DNA of 64,000 bases, from positions 438 through 64,437 of the forward strand of contig JBGARB010000004.1 in NCBI GenBank assembly GCA_044230495.1. The letters run 5' to 3'. Both the position numbers and the translations under genes were made by a program. The first letter of the stretch is position 1; every line of letters starts with the position of its first letter. The notes under the pieces were generated by a model. That model was not told where the DNA came from, did not search any database, and saw only the letters and a program-made list of their open reading frames with translations. This stretch comes from Rhodocyclaceae bacterium. GTDB lineage: Bacteria; Pseudomonadota; Gammaproteobacteria; Burkholderiales; Rhodocyclaceae. Shown piece by piece: positions 9,456 to 20,142 of this stretch.

Positions 9456-10503
9456 CGCCCCGCGAGCTGCTGCGCGCGCTGTTCGACGCCGCGGTGCACC
9501 GCGCCGACGCCGCACATTGCCTGCCGCCTCATCTGCCCGCCCCGCCTGCCGGGCGCACGATCGTCGTCGGCGCCGGCAAGGCCGCTGCCGCGATGGCCGC
9601 CGCCGTCGAGGCGCACTGGCCCGCCGCTGCGCCGTTGGCCGGCCTCGTCGTCACGCGCTATGGCCACGGCATGCCGACGACCCGCATCGAGGTCATCGAA
9701 GCCGCGCATCCGGTTCCCGATGCCGCCGGCGCCGCAGCGGCGCAGCGCATCCTGGCCGCCGTACAGGGTTTGCATGCCGACGACCTCGTGCTGGCGCTGA
9801 TGTCGGGCGGCGGCTCGGCATTGCTGGCGCTGCCGGCGCCGGGCGTCACGCTCGCCGAAAAGCAGGCCCGCACGCGCGAGCTGCTGCGCAATGGCGCCTC
9901 GATCCACGCGATCAACGCCGAGCGCAAGCGGCTGTCGGCGATCAAGGGCGGCAAGCTCGCCGCCGCCGCGATGCCGGCGCGCGTACTCACACTGGCGATC
10001 TCCGACGTGCCTGGCGACGACCCGGCCACCATCGCCTCCGGGCCGACGGTGCCGTCGGCGGGCGATGCCGCCTTCCCGTTTTGCCGGACGCAGGTCATCG
10101 CCACGCCGCACGACAGCCTCGAGGCCGCTGCCACCATCGCCCGCGCGCAGGGCATCACGCCGGTGATCCTCGGCGACCGCATCGAAGGCGAAGCGCGCGA
10201 AGTGGCGCGCGTGCTCGCCGGCATCGCGCTGGCCTGCCGGGCGCACGGCACGCCGGCCGGCGCCCCCTGCGTGCTGCTCTCGGGCGGCGAGACCACGGTG
10301 ACGGTATCGACGGCGTGGAACACAATGCCGGCGCATTGCTTGCGCCGGATACGCTGGCACGCATGGCGGCAGCCGGCATCGACGCGCGTGCCCGGCTCGC
10401 CGACAACGACGCCTTCGGCGCCTTCGAGGCAGCCGACGACCTCGTCGTCACCGGCCCGACGCGCACCAACGTCAACGATTTTCGTGCCATCCTCGTCACA
10501 TGA
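9452..10503 (+). pseudogene. glycerate 2-kinase / hydroxypyruvate reductase-type (DUF4147+MOFRL) gene with an internal deletion and frameshift
   Basis: Frame 2 from GTG 9452 gives VTPRELLRALFDAA...LLSGGETTVTV up to about 10304. The expected continuation (GIDGVEHNAGALLAPDTLARM...VVTGPTRTNVNDFRAILVT-stop at 10503) is in frame 1. The usual G-x-GRGGRN...DTD block between the two parts is missing. Frame 2 reads on without a stop until 11056. Confidence 0.6.
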
Positions 10504-11987
10504 CTGCGTCGCACGAACCCGATTTTTCGACGGCCGACATCGCGGCATTGCTGGCGGCATTGCGCGAGACATTGCCCCCCGCCCGCCTGCTGGTCGACGC
10601 CGAGGATTTGCGGCCCTACGAATGCGACGGGCTGTCCGCCTACCGCCACCTGCCGCGCGCCGTGACGCTGCCCGAAAGCGAAGCCGAGGTAATCGCCATC
10701 CTGCGCGCCTGCCATCGCTTCGGCGTGCCGGTGGTGCCGCGCGGTGCCGGCACCGGCCTGTCCGCCGGCGCCCTGCCGCACGTCGACGGCATCGTGCTGA
10801 GCACCGCGCGCATGAAGCGCATCGTCCGCCTCGACCCGCTCGCGCGCGTGGCCGTGGTGCAACCGGGCGTACGCAACCTGGCCATCTCCGAAGCCGCCGC
10901 GGCGCACGGCCTCTATTACGCGCCGGACCCCAGCTCGCAGATCGCCTGCACCATCGGCGGCAATGTCGCCGAGAACTCGGGCGGCGTGCATTGCCTGAAA
11001 TACGGGCTGACGGTGCACAACGTCATGCGCGTGCGCGCCGTGCTGATCGACGGTGACGTCATCGAGTTGGGCGGCGAGGCGCCGGATGCGCCCGGCCTCG
11101 ACCTGCTGGCGCTGTTCATCGGCTCGGAGGGCCTGCTCGGCGTCGTCACCGAAGTCACCGTCAAGCTGTGTCCGAAGCCGCAGACGGCGCAGTGCATCAT
11201 GGCCTCGTTCGATGACGTCGGCAAGGCCGGCGATGCGGTGGCGGCGATCATCGCCGCCGGCATCATCCCGGCCGGACTGGAGATGATGGACAAGCCGGCC
11301 ACCGCCGCCGTCGAGCCCTTCGTCAAGGCCGGCTACGACCTGGACGCCGCCGCCATCCTGTTGTGCGAATCGGACGGCACGCCGGATGAGGTGCGCGAGG
11401 AAGTCGGCCGCATGAGCGCCGTGCTCGAGGGCGCCGGCGCGAAGGCGCTGCGCGTATCGGCGTCGGAGGCCGAGCGGCTGCGCTTCTGGGCCGGCCGCAA
11501 GGCGGCCTTCCCCGCGGCAGGACGCATTTCCGCCGACTATTACTGCATGGACGGCACCATACCGCGCAAGCGCCTGGGCGACATGCTCGGCGCCATCACG
11601 CAGATGGAACGGAAATACGGCCTGCGCTGCATCAACGTCTTTCATGCCGGCGACGGCAACCTGCATCCGCTGATTCTCTACGACGCCAATGTGCCCGGCG
11701 AACTGGAGCGCACCGAGGAGTTCGGCGCCGAGATCCTGCGTTTGTCGGTGGCGCTGGGCGGCACGATCACCGGCGAGCACGGCGTCGGCTTCGAGAAGAT
11801 CGGCGCCATGTGCGACCAGTTCGCCACCGACGAGCTGGCCGCCTTCCATGCCGTCAAGGCCGCCTTCGATCCCGCCGGCCTGCTCAATCCGGGCAAGGCG
11901 GTGCCGACGCTGCACCGCTGCGCCGAGCTGGGCCGCATGCATGTGCATGGCGGCCAGCTGCCGCATCCCGAACTGGAGCGCTTCTGA
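10500..11987 (+). CDS. glcD: glycolate oxidase subunit GlcD (FAD-linked oxidase)
   Basis: A 495-aa ORF with an FAD-binding PCMH domain (PRGAGTGLSAGALP), followed by glcE and glcF. Confidence 0.9.
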   Translation: MTASHEPDFSTADIAALLAALRETLPPARLLVDAEDLRPYECDGLSAYRHLPRAVTLPESEAEVIAILRACHRFGVPVVPRGAGTGLSAGALPHVDGIVLSTARMKRIVRLDPLARVAVVQPGVRNLAISEAAAAHGLYYAPDPSSQIACTIGGNVAENSGGVHCLKYGLTVHNVMRVRAVLIDGDVIELGGEAPDAPGLDLLALFIGSEGLLGVVTEVTVKLCPKPQTAQCIMASFDDVGKAGDAVAAIIAAGIIPAGLEMMDKPATAAVEPFVKAGYDLDAAAILLCESDGTPDEVREEVGRMSAVLEGAGAKALRVSASEAERLRFWAGRKAAFPAAGRISADYYCMDGTIPRKRLGDMLGAITQMERKYGLRCINVFHAGDGNLHPLILYDANVPGELERTEEFGAEILRLSVALGGTITGEHGVGFEKIGAMCDQFATDELAAFHAVKAAFDPAGLLNPGKAVPTLHRCAELGRMHVHGGQLPHPELERF

Positions 11988-13066
11988 TGGACGCCCTGCT
12001 TGCCGGGTTCCGTGAGCGCATCCGCGCCGGCACGCCGCTGGTCGTCCGCGGCGGCGGCAGCAAGGATTTCTACGGCGGCGCAGCGACGGGCAACGTGCTC
12101 GACGTGCGCGCCTGGCAGGGCATCGCCAACTACGAACCGAGCGAGCTGGTCATCACCGCCCGCGCCGGCACGCCGCTGGCCGAGGTCGAGTCGCGGCTCG
12201 CCGCGCAAGGCCAGTGCCTCGCCTTCGAGCCGCCGCGCTTCGGCGCCGGTGGCACCATCGGCGGCATGGTGGCTTGCGGGCTCTCCGGTCCGCGGCGCAT
12301 GAGCGTGGGCGCGCTGCGCGATTTCGTGCTCGGCGTCACGATCATGGACGGCAACGGCCGCGTGCTGAAGTTCGGCGGCGAAGTAATGAAGAACGTCGCC
12401 GGCTTCGATGTCTCGCGCCTGATGGCCGGCAGCATGGGCACGCTGGGCGTGCTGCTGGACGTTTCGGTGAAGGTGCTGCCGGTGCCCGTGGCCGACGCCA
12501 CGGTGGTCCTGGCGATGAACGAAGCGGACGCGCTGCAGGCCGTCAATCAGTGGGCCGGCCAGCCCCTGCCGTTGGCCGCGACGTGCTGGTCGCCCGAGCA
12601 GGGCGGCATGCTCGCCGTGCGCCTGGCCGGCGCCCGCGCGGCGGTCGAGGCGGCGGCGCGCAAGATCGGTGGCGAGCCGCCCTCGCCTGAAGGCGCAAAC
12701 TACAGTGGTGGTGGCACGGCGCTGTGGGCGTCGCTGCGCGATCACACGCACGCATTCTTCGCCGGTGACGCGCCGCTGTGGCGGCTTGCCGTGCCATCGA
12801 CCGCGCCTGCACTCGATCTGGGGCCGACGCTGGTCGAATGGGGCGGCGGCCAGCGCTGGTTGCGCGGCGAATTCGACGCCCGGTCGCTGCGCGAAACCGT
12901 CGCCAAGGCGGGCGGCCACGCGACGCTGTTTCGCGGCGGCGACAAGTCGGTGGGCGTCTTCACGCCGACGGTACCCGCGATCGCCGCCTTGCAGCAGCGG
13001 CTGCGCGCCGCATTCGATCCGCATGGCGTGTTCAACGCGGGTCGTTTGTACCCGGCTGTGCCATGA
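11987..13066 (+). CDS. glcE: glycolate oxidase FAD-binding subunit GlcE
   Basis: The start, MDALLAGFRERIRAGTPLVVRGGGSKDFYG (ATG 11987), overlaps the glcD stop. It carries an in-frame copy of the 25-bp repeat (…[17 protein letters not shown]…). Confidence 0.85.
   Translation: MDALLAGFRERIRAGTPLVVRGGGSKDFYGGAATGNVLDVRAWQGIANYEPSELVITARAGTPLAEVESRLAAQGQCLAFEPPRFGAGGTIGGMVACGLSGPRRMSVGALRDFVLGVTIMDGNGRVLKFGGEVMKNVAGFDVSRLMAGSMGTLGVLLDVSVKVLPVPVADATVVLAMNEADALQAVNQWAGQPLPLAATCWSPEQGGMLAVRLAGARAAVEAAARKIGGEPPSPEGANYSGGGTALWASLRDHTHAFFAGDAPLWRLAVPSTAPALDLGPTLVEWGGGQRWLRGEFDARSLRETVAKAGGHATLFRGGDKSVGVFTPTVPAIAALQQRLRAAFDPHGVFNAGRLYPAVP
12697..12721 (+). repeat. 25-bp dispersed repeat, copy 3 (AAACTACAGTGGTGGTGGCACGGCG)
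   Basis: Lies inside glcE in the sense orientation, translated NYSGGGTA. Confidence 0.9.
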
Positions 13067-13217
13067 GCCCGACCCGACGGAGCACAGGCCGTCGCGAGCG
13101 CAGCCCAGATGGCCGCGCCCGGCGCACAGCAAGGAGACATGCCTGGCTGGCAGGCGACGAAGCGAGCACCGCGCAAGGCCATATCGGCAAGCGCAGCAGG
13201 CATGGGGACGTCGGCTG

Positions 13218-14453
13218 ATGGAGACCCACCTCGCCGATTTCATCCGCGGCACGCCCGACGGCGACGAGGCCGAGCGCATCCTGCGCCGCTGCGTGCATTG
13301 CGGCTTCTGCACCGCCACCTGTCCCACCTACCAACTGCTCGGCGACGAACTCGACGGCCCGCGCGGCCGCATCTATCTGATCAAGCAGGTACTCGAAGGC
13401 GCGCAGCCGACAGCGCGTACGCAGCTGCACCTCGACCGCTGCCTGACCTGCCGCTCGTGCGAATCGACGTGCCCTTCCGGCGTCGAGTACGCGCGCCTGC
13501 TCGACATCGGCCGCGCCGTCGTCGATGCGCGCGTGCCGCGCACGGGCACCCAGGCGCTGCTGCGCGGCGCCCTGCGGCGCTTCGTGCCCAACCGCGCGCT
13601 GTTCGGCACGGCGATGGCGCTGGGCAAGGCCGTGCGGCCGCTGCTGCCGGCGGCGCTGAAGGCCAAGGTGCCGGCGCCCGCGCACGTCGGCGCGCGGCCG
13701 CGGCAGGGCGACACGCACCGCCGCCGCGTGATTTCGCTTGCCGGCTGCGTGCAGCCGGGCATGTTTCCCAACATCAACGTCGCCACCGCGCGCGTGCTCG
13801 ATGCCGCGGGCATCGGCGTGATCGAACCGGGGGGCGCCGGCTGTTGCGGTGCCGTGCGCCATCACCTGTCGGACGGCGCAGGGGCCCTCGACGACGCGCG
13901 GCGAAACATCGACGCCTGGTGGCCGCTGGTCGAAGGCGGCGCCGAGGCCATCGTCATCAACGCGTCGGGGTGCGGCGCACATGTGCGCGAATACGGCCAT
14001 CTGCTGCGCCACGACGCGGCGTACGCCGCAAAGGCCGCGCGCATCACCACGATGGTGCGCGACATCGGCGAAGTGGTGGCCGCCGAGTTCGGTACGCTGG
14101 CGCCGCGCCTCGCCCGCGCCGACGACACGCGGATCGCCATCCACAACCCCTGCTCGCTGCAGCACGGCCAGCAATTGCGCGGTCTGATCGAGGCCATCGT
14201 GGCGGCGACCGGAGCCACGGCCGTGCCGGTGGCCGAAGGCCACCTGTGCTGCGGCTCGGCCGGCACCTACTCGATCCTGCAGCCGGAACTGTCGCAGCGG
14301 CTGCGCGACAACAAGCTTGCCGCCCTGACGGCAGCGGCGCCGTCGCTGATCGTCAGCGCCAACGTCGGCTGCATCGCCCATCTTGGCGATGCGGCCGGAA
14401 TCCCGGTACGCCACTGGATCGAATTCGTCGATTCGCTGCTCGGCACGAGTTGA
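13218..14453 (+). CDS. glcF: glycolate oxidase iron-sulfur subunit GlcF
   Basis: METHLADFIRG...CVHCGFCTATCPTY...CLTCRSCESTCPSGV (two 4Fe-4S motifs) plus CCG domains, 411 aa. Confidence 0.9.
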   Translation: METHLADFIRGTPDGDEAERILRRCVHCGFCTATCPTYQLLGDELDGPRGRIYLIKQVLEGAQPTARTQLHLDRCLTCRSCESTCPSGVEYARLLDIGRAVVDARVPRTGTQALLRGALRRFVPNRALFGTAMALGKAVRPLLPAALKAKVPAPAHVGARPRQGDTHRRRVISLAGCVQPGMFPNINVATARVLDAAGIGVIEPGGAGCCGAVRHHLSDGAGALDDARRNIDAWWPLVEGGAEAIVINASGCGAHVREYGHLLRHDAAYAAKAARITTMVRDIGEVVAAEFGTLAPRLARADDTRIAIHNPCSLQHGQQLRGLIEAIVAATGATAVPVAEGHLCCGSAGTYSILQPELSQRLRDNKLAALTAAAPSLIVSANVGCIAHLGDAAGIPVRHWIEFVDSLLGTS

Positions 14454-14520
14454 CCTCGGACAAGCCCGGCACCGGCGGCTGCCGCTATGATGGCCGCCAC
14501 TCGAAATGGAGGGAGTACCC

Positions 14521-16101
14521 ATGCCGATGACCATAGGCGTGCCGCGCGAGACATTCGCCGGCGAGAAACGTGTTGCCACCGTGCCCGAGGTGGTCGAGAA
14601 GCTCATCAAGCTCGGCTTTGCCGTGCAGGTGGAAAGCGGCGCCGGCGCGGCGGCCAACTGCGACGACGACAGCTATCGCGCCGTCGGCGCGACGGTGGTC
14701 GACAACGCCGCCGCGCTGTGGGCCAATTCGGACATCGTCTTCAAGGTGCGGCCGCCGTCTGCCGACGAAGTCGGCCTGATGCGCGAAGGCGGCACGCTGC
14801 TCGGCTTCGTGTGGCCGGCGCAGAATCCCGAGCTGATGCAGCAGTTGGCGGCGAAGCACGCCACTGTGCTGGCCATCGACGCGCTGCCGCGCATGCTCAG
14901 TCGTGCGCAAAAGATGGACGCGCTGACCTCGCAGGCCGGCGTCGCGGGCTACCGCGCGGTCATCGAGGCGGCCAACGCCTTCGGCCGCTTCTTCAACGGC
15001 CAGATCACCGCCGCCGGCAAGGTGCCGCCGGCCAAGGTGTTCATCGCCGGCGCCGGTGTCGCCGGCCTCGCGGCGATCGGCACGGCCGCCGGACTGGGCG
15101 CCATCGTGCGCGCCAACGACACGCGGGCCGAGGTCGCCGACCAGGTGGTGTCGCTGGGCGGCGAGTTCGTCAAGGTCGATTACGAAGAGGAAGGCTCGGG
15201 TGGTGGCGGCTACGCCAAGGTCATGTCCGAGGGCTTCCAGCAGGCGCAGCGCGAGATGTACGCCAAACAGGCGCGCGAGGTGGACATCATCATCACCACG
15301 GCGCTGATTCCCGGCAAGCCGGCGCCGCGCCTCATCACCGCCGAAATGGTCAGGACCATGAAGCCCGGCAGCGTCATCGTGGACATGGCCGCCGAGCAGG
15401 GCGGCAACTGCGAGCTGACCGAGCCGGGCCAATCGGTGGTGAAGCACGGCGTCACCATCGTCGGCTACACCGACCTGGTCAGCCGTCTGGCCAAGCAGTC
15501 ATCGACGCTGTACGCCACCAACCTGTTCCGCCTGACCGAGGAACTGTGCAAGACCAAGGACGGCGTCATCAACGTCAACATGGAGGACGACGCGATCCGC
15601 GGCCTGACGGTCGTCAAGGAGGGCGCCATCACCTGGCCGGCGCCGCCGATCACGCTGCCGGCGGCACCGCCCAAGCCTGCCGCTGCCGCGCCGGCGGCCA
15701 AGAAGGGCCATGGCCACGGCGCCAGCGAGCCGATGTCGGTGAAATCGCTGGGGCTGCTGTTCGGCATCGGCGCGCTGGCGTTCTGGTTCATCGGTGCAAT
15801 GGCGCCGGCGGCCTTCCTCGGTCACTTCACGGTCTTCGTGCTGGCCTGCTTCGTCGGCTACATGGTGGTGTGGAACGTCACGCCGGCGCTGCACACGCCG
15901 CTGATGAGCGTGACCAACGCGATCTCCAGCATCATCGCCATCGGTGCGCTGGTGCAGATCGCCCCGCCGGTGACCGGCACCGACGCCAGACTGGAGACGT
16001 GGATTGCCGGCATGGCCTTCCTCGCCATCGTGCTCACGGCCATCAACATGTTCGGCGGCTTCGCGGTGACGCGGCGCATGCTCGACATGTTCCGCAAATA
16101 A
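14521..16101 (+). CDS. pntA: NAD(P) transhydrogenase subunit alpha (full-length, with C-terminal TM helices)
   Basis: [19 protein letters not shown]..., with GGAGGGA 6 nt upstream of ATG 14521. An alternative start lies at 14506. It has an Ala-dehydrogenase-like dI domain followed by TM helices. Confidence 0.9.
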   Translation: MPMTIGVPRETFAGEKRVATVPEVVEKLIKLGFAVQVESGAGAAANCDDDSYRAVGATVVDNAAALWANSDIVFKVRPPSADEVGLMREGGTLLGFVWPAQNPELMQQLAAKHATVLAIDALPRMLSRAQKMDALTSQAGVAGYRAVIEAANAFGRFFNGQITAAGKVPPAKVFIAGAGVAGLAAIGTAAGLGAIVRANDTRAEVADQVVSLGGEFVKVDYEEEGSGGGGYAKVMSEGFQQAQREMYAKQAREVDIIITTALIPGKPAPRLITAEMVRTMKPGSVIVDMAAEQGGNCELTEPGQSVVKHGVTIVGYTDLVSRLAKQSSTLYATNLFRLTEELCKTKDGVINVNMEDDAIRGLTVVKEGAITWPAPPITLPAAPPKPAAAAPAAKKGHGHGASEPMSVKSLGLLFGIGALAFWFIGAMAPAAFLGHFTVFVLACFVGYMVVWNVTPALHTPLMSVTNAISSIIAIGALVQIAPPVTGTDARLETWIAGMAFLAIVLTAINMFGGFAVTRRMLDMFRK

Positions 16102-16111
16102 GGAGACCGCC

Positions 16112-17524
16112 ATGCTGACCTCCAGTCTCGCCACGGTCTCCTACATCGGGGCCACCATCCTGTTCATCCTCAGCCTCGGCGGCCTGTCCAACCCGGAAAG
16201 CTCCCGGCGCGGCAACCTCTACGGCATCATCGGCATGGCGCTCGCCGTGCTCGCCACGGTGTTCGGTCCGCGCGTCTCGCCCGAGGGCCTGGGCTACATC
16301 GTGCTGGCCATGGCCATCGGCGGCAGCATCGGCCTCTATGCGGCGCGCACCGTGCAGATGACGCAGATGCCCGAGCTCGTCGCGCTGATGCACAGCCTCG
16401 TCGGCCTCGCCGCGTGCCTGGTCGGCTTTGCCAGCTACATCGACACCTCGATCGTGTTCGCCGGCGCCGAAAAGACCATCCACGAAATCGAGATCTACCT
16501 GGGCATCCTGATCGGTGCGGTGACCTTCTCCGGTTCGCTGATCGCCTTCGGCAAGCTCTCCGGCAAGATCGGCGGCAAGCCGCTGATGCTCCCGGCGCGG
16601 CACTGGCTGAACCTCGGACTGCTGATCATCGTGATCGTCGTCGGCAAGATGTTCCTCGACGCGCATTCGATCAACGACGGCATGCTGCCGCTGATCATCA
16701 TGACGGTCGTCGCCCTGCTCTTCGGCATCCACATGGTGATGGCGATCGGCGGCGCCGACATGCCGGTGGTGGTGTCGATGCTCAACAGCTATTCGGGCTG
16801 GGCGGCGGCGGCCACCGGCTTCATGCTCAGCAACGACCTGCTGATCGTCACCGGCGCACTGGTCGGTTCGAGCGGCGCGATCCTTTCGTACATCATGTGC
16901 AACGCGATGAACCGCAATTTCATCAGCGTCATCGCCGGCGGCTTCGGCACCGGCGAGGGCGCCAAGCCGGCGGCCGCCGGCGCGCAACCGGCGGGCGAAG
17001 TCGTGGCGGTCAGCGCGCTGGAAACCGCCGAGCTGCTGCGCGAAGCCAAGAGCGTGATCATCGTTCCAGGCTACGGCATGGCGGTGGCGCAGGCGCAGCA
17101 CACGGTGTTCGAGATCACCAAACATCTGCGCGACAAGGGCGTGAACATCCGCTTCGGCATCCACCCGGTGGCCGGCCGCATGCCTGGCCACATGAACGTG
17201 CTGCTCGCCGAAGCCAAGGTGCCGTATGACATTGTGATGGAGATGGACGAGATCAACGACGACTTTCCGGCAACCGATGTGGCGATGGTGATCGGCGCCA
17301 ACGATATCGTCAATCCGAGCGCGCAGGAAGATCCGGGCAGCCCGATCGCCGGCATGCCGGTGCTGGAGGTGTGGAAGGCACGCACGTCCATCGTCATGAA
17401 GCGCTCGATGGCCTCCGGTTACGCCGGCGTGGACAATCCGCTGTTCTACAAGGAGAACAACCGCATGTTGTTCGGCGACGCGAAGAAGATGCTCGACGAA
17501 GTGCTGGTTGCGCTGAAGGCCTGA
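16112..17524 (+). CDS. pntB: NAD(P) transhydrogenase subunit beta
   Basis: A 470-aa protein with a polytopic N-terminus and a C-terminal dIII domain (…[11 protein letters not shown]…[18 protein letters not shown]…). Confidence 0.95.
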   Translation: MLTSSLATVSYIGATILFILSLGGLSNPESSRRGNLYGIIGMALAVLATVFGPRVSPEGLGYIVLAMAIGGSIGLYAARTVQMTQMPELVALMHSLVGLAACLVGFASYIDTSIVFAGAEKTIHEIEIYLGILIGAVTFSGSLIAFGKLSGKIGGKPLMLPARHWLNLGLLIIVIVVGKMFLDAHSINDGMLPLIIMTVVALLFGIHMVMAIGGADMPVVVSMLNSYSGWAAAATGFMLSNDLLIVTGALVGSSGAILSYIMCNAMNRNFISVIAGGFGTGEGAKPAAAGAQPAGEVVAVSALETAELLREAKSVIIVPGYGMAVAQAQHTVFEITKHLRDKGVNIRFGIHPVAGRMPGHMNVLLAEAKVPYDIVMEMDEINDDFPATDVAMVIGANDIVNPSAQEDPGSPIAGMPVLEVWKARTSIVMKRSMASGYAGVDNPLFYKENNRMLFGDAKKMLDEVLVALKA

Positions 17525-17525
17525 C

Positions 17526-18311
17526 GTGAAGCGCGACCTCGAGGGTCAATGGGCGCTGATTACCGGCGCGTCGAGCGGCTTCGGCATCGATTTCGCGCAT
17601 CTGCTCGCCGCGCGCGGTGCCAAACTCGTGCTGGTGGCCCGCCGGGTGACGCCGATGCGTGCGCTGGCCCGCGAGTTGCGCGCCGCGCACGGCACGCAAT
17701 GCGAAGTCATCGGCATGGATCTCGCGCATCCCGGCGTCGGCCCGGATCTGGCGGAACGCCTCGATGGCCGCGGCATCGACATCGATCTGCTCATCAACAA
17801 CGCCGGCTACGGCGTCTTCGGCGATTTCGTCGACCAGCCGCTGGCCGCGCATGGCGCCATGCTGCTGCTCAACATCGTCGCGCTCACCGAGCTGACGCAC
17901 GTCTTCGGCGCGCGCATGGCCGCCAGGGGTGCCGGGCGCATCCTGCTCGTCGGCTCGCTCGGCGGCTTCCAGCCGCTGCCCACCTACGCCGCGTATGCGG
18001 CCAGCAAGGCCTACGTCCTGAGCTTCGGCGAGGCGCTGCACATCGAGCTGGCGCCGCGCGGCGTCACGGTCACCGTCCTGTGTCCCGGCGCCACGCGCAC
18101 CAATTTCCTCAGCGTTTCGGGACAGACCCTGCCCTACGCCGACAAACTGCTGGCCGACAGCCGCCCGGTGGCGAAGGCCGGGCTTGATGCGCTCTTCGCC
18201 GGGCGCGCCAGCGTCGTGCCGGGCATCGCCAACAAATCCACCGCGTTCTCCAATCGCATGCTGCCGCGGGGCGTGCTGCCCAAGCTCGCCTACCGACTGT
18301 TGCGCAAGTGA
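17526..18311 (+). CDS. SDR family oxidoreductase
   Basis: TGASSGFG Rossmann motif, an NNAG motif and YAASK catalytic motif; 261 aa. Confidence 0.8.
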   Translation: MKRDLEGQWALITGASSGFGIDFAHLLAARGAKLVLVARRVTPMRALARELRAAHGTQCEVIGMDLAHPGVGPDLAERLDGRGIDIDLLINNAGYGVFGDFVDQPLAAHGAMLLLNIVALTELTHVFGARMAARGAGRILLVGSLGGFQPLPTYAAYAASKAYVLSFGEALHIELAPRGVTVTVLCPGATRTNFLSVSGQTLPYADKLLADSRPVAKAGLDALFAGRASVVPGIANKSTAFSNRMLPRGVLPKLAYRLLRK

Positions 18312-18958
18312 GCGCGCGCACGCTGCTGCTGGTCGGCGCCACTGGCGCCGTCGGCAGCGAAGTCCTCGGGCAGGCGCTGGCCGACCGCCGGGTCGGCCGC
18401 ATCGTCGCGCCGACGCGGCGACCGCTCGCCACGGCGCACGCGGGTGCGCACGCCAAACTCCTCAACCCGGTCGTCGATTTTGCCGCGCTCACCGGCGCGG
18501 AGCCGTGGTGGCCTTGCGACGCGGTGATCTGCACGCTGGGCACGACGATCCGCATCGCCGGCTCGCAGGCCGCATTCGCGCAGGTGGATCGCGACCTGCC
18601 GATCCGCTTCGGCCGCCTCGCCCTCGCTGCCGGCGCCACGGCCTATGCGCTCAATTCGTCGCTCGGGGCCAGCGCGAAAGGCAACTTCTATCTGCGCACC
18701 AAGGCCGAGGCCGAGGCCGGCATCCTTGCGCTGGGTTTCGCCAGCGTCACCCTCGTGCGGCCGTCTCTGATCGACGCCGAGCGCAGCGAGTCGCGCCCCG
18801 GCGAGCGTGCCGGCATTCTCGTCGCCCGCGCGTTGCGGCCGCTGATTCCGGCGCGCTATCGTGCCGTCACATCGGCCGCCATCGCCCGCGCCCTGCTCGA
18901 CGGCGCGCTTGCCGCGCCGCCCGGCACGACGATCGTCGAGTCGAAAGACCTCGCGTAG
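18308..18958 (+). CDS. NAD(P)H-binding (atypical SDR / NmrA-like) protein
   Basis: LLVGATGAVGSEVL glycine-rich N-terminus; 216 aa. The start overlaps the preceding stop. Confidence 0.6.
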   Translation: MSARTLLLVGATGAVGSEVLGQALADRRVGRIVAPTRRPLATAHAGAHAKLLNPVVDFAALTGAEPWWPCDAVICTLGTTIRIAGSQAAFAQVDRDLPIRFGRLALAAGATAYALNSSLGASAKGNFYLRTKAEAEAGILALGFASVTLVRPSLIDAERSESRPGERAGILVARALRPLIPARYRAVTSAAIARALLDGALAAPPGTTIVESKDLA

Positions 18959-18964
18959 TCCGCC

Positions 18965-18989
18965 AAACTACAGTGGTGGTGGGACGGCG
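18965..18989 (+). repeat. 25-bp dispersed repeat, copy 4 (AAACTACAGTGGTGGTGGGACGGCG)
   Basis: Lies at a convergent junction, 6 nt after the stop at 18958. Its reverse strand supplies …AVPPPL-TAG, the end of the TerC-family gene. A CGGCGGCG/CGCCGCCG hairpin follows (18991-19009). Confidence 0.9.
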
Positions 18990-19936
18990 CCGGCGGCGGG
19001 CCGCCGCCGCAGCGACAGCCACACCGAACCGCCGATCAGCGCGGCGACGATGGCCAGCGACAGGCCGACCGGCACCTTGATGAAATCGACCAGCAGCATC
19101 TTCGCGCCGATGAACACGAGCACGGCGGCGAGGCCGTATTTCAGCAGCGAGAAGCGGTCGGCCATGTCGGCGAGCAGAAAATACATCGCGCGCAGGCCGA
19201 GGATCGCAAAGACGTTGGACGTCAGCACGATGAACGGATCGGTGGTGATGGCGAAGATCGCCGGGATCGAATCCACCGCAAAGATGATGTCGGAAAACTC
19301 GACCATCACCAGCGCGAGGAACAGCGGCGTGAACAGCCGCACGCCATCCTCGACCACGATGAAACGCTCGCCGCGCAGGCCGTCGGTCAGCGGCAGCCGC
19401 GCACGCAGCCAGCGCAGCAGCGGATTGTCGGACAGCCCGTGGTCGCTGCCGGCCAGCCAGAACATCTTGATGCCGGTGACGAGCAGGAAGCCGCCGAACA
19501 GATAGAGCAGCCAGTGGAACTGCGTGATCAGCCAGGCGCCGGCGAAGATCATGATCGTGCGCAGCACGATGGCGCCCAGCACGCCGTAGATCAGTACGCG
19601 GCGCTGCAGTTCGATCGGTACGCCGATGACGGCAAACAGCATCAGCCAGACGAAGACGTTGTCCACGGCCAGCGACTTTTCGATCACGTAGCCGGTGAGG
19701 AACTCCAGCGCAGTCCGCGTGGCGCGCGCCTCGCCGGCGCTGCCGGCCAGCCAGACCCACAGGCCGGCGGCGAAGGCCAGCGACACGGCCACCCACACCG
19801 CCGACCACGTGGCGGCGGCGCGCAGCGACATGCGCTGACCGCGCCCGCCGCCGGCCGCAAGGAGGTCGATCGCCAGCATCGTCGCGACCACCGCCGCGAA
19901 ACTCGCCCACATCCAGCCATTGGCCACGCTTTCCAT
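18968..19936 (-). CDS. TerC family integral membrane protein
   Basis: Trimmed to [13 protein letters not shown]... (ATG 19936). It is polytopic, with LAVDNVF and SIPAIFAIT TerC motifs. The last six codons and the stop codon lie inside a copy of the 25-bp repeat. Confidence 0.8.
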   Translation of the reverse strand: MESVANGWMWASFAAVVATMLAIDLLAAGGGRGQRMSLRAAATWSAVWVAVSLAFAAGLWVWLAGSAGEARATRTALEFLTGYVIEKSLAVDNVFVWLMLFAVIGVPIELQRRVLIYGVLGAIVLRTIMIFAGAWLITQFHWLLYLFGGFLLVTGIKMFWLAGSDHGLSDNPLLRWLRARLPLTDGLRGERFIVVEDGVRLFTPLFLALVMVEFSDIIFAVDSIPAIFAITTDPFIVLTSNVFAILGLRAMYFLLADMADRFSLLKYGLAAVLVFIGAKMLLVDFIKVPVGLSLAIVAALIGGSVWLSLRRRPAAGAVPPPL

Positions 19937-20142
19937 GTTGCCGTTCCGTCCCGAAGAAGCGCGCAGCGTAGCGGCGCGACGATGGCCGGACAATTCGGAA
20001 GAATCTCGCCGCAACTCGGTTTTTTCGATGTCTCGACGCGCAGTAAGCTGCGTTCGGGAGGAAAGAGGCCATCGATACGCTGAACGCCAACACACCATCC
20101 GCCGCGCGCACGCTGCCGTGGCGACGCATTGCCGTCGCCCTC

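Noticed and set aside
8990-11056. A 688-aa + strand ORF running from inside hyi to inside glcD.
   Set aside because: It is an artefact. Its N-terminal part is out of frame with hyi. Its C-terminal part is the post-frameshift read-through of the broken glycerate kinase gene into glcD.
13067-13217. A small ORF or glcG-like gene in the 151-nt glcE-glcF gap (an AAGGAG lies just before ATG 13139).
   Set aside because: The ATG is only 2 nt from the SD-like sequence. The frame runs on into glcF as the implausible 473-aa ORF 13109..14530, with no recognisable protein features.
19937-20110. A yybP-ykoY (Mn) riboswitch in the leader of the TerC-family gene.
   Set aside because: I could not find the conserved GGGGAGUAG or GAGACC-type cores by eye. 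Only a short CGCAG-ctta-CTGCG hairpin is present. It would need a covariance-model scan.
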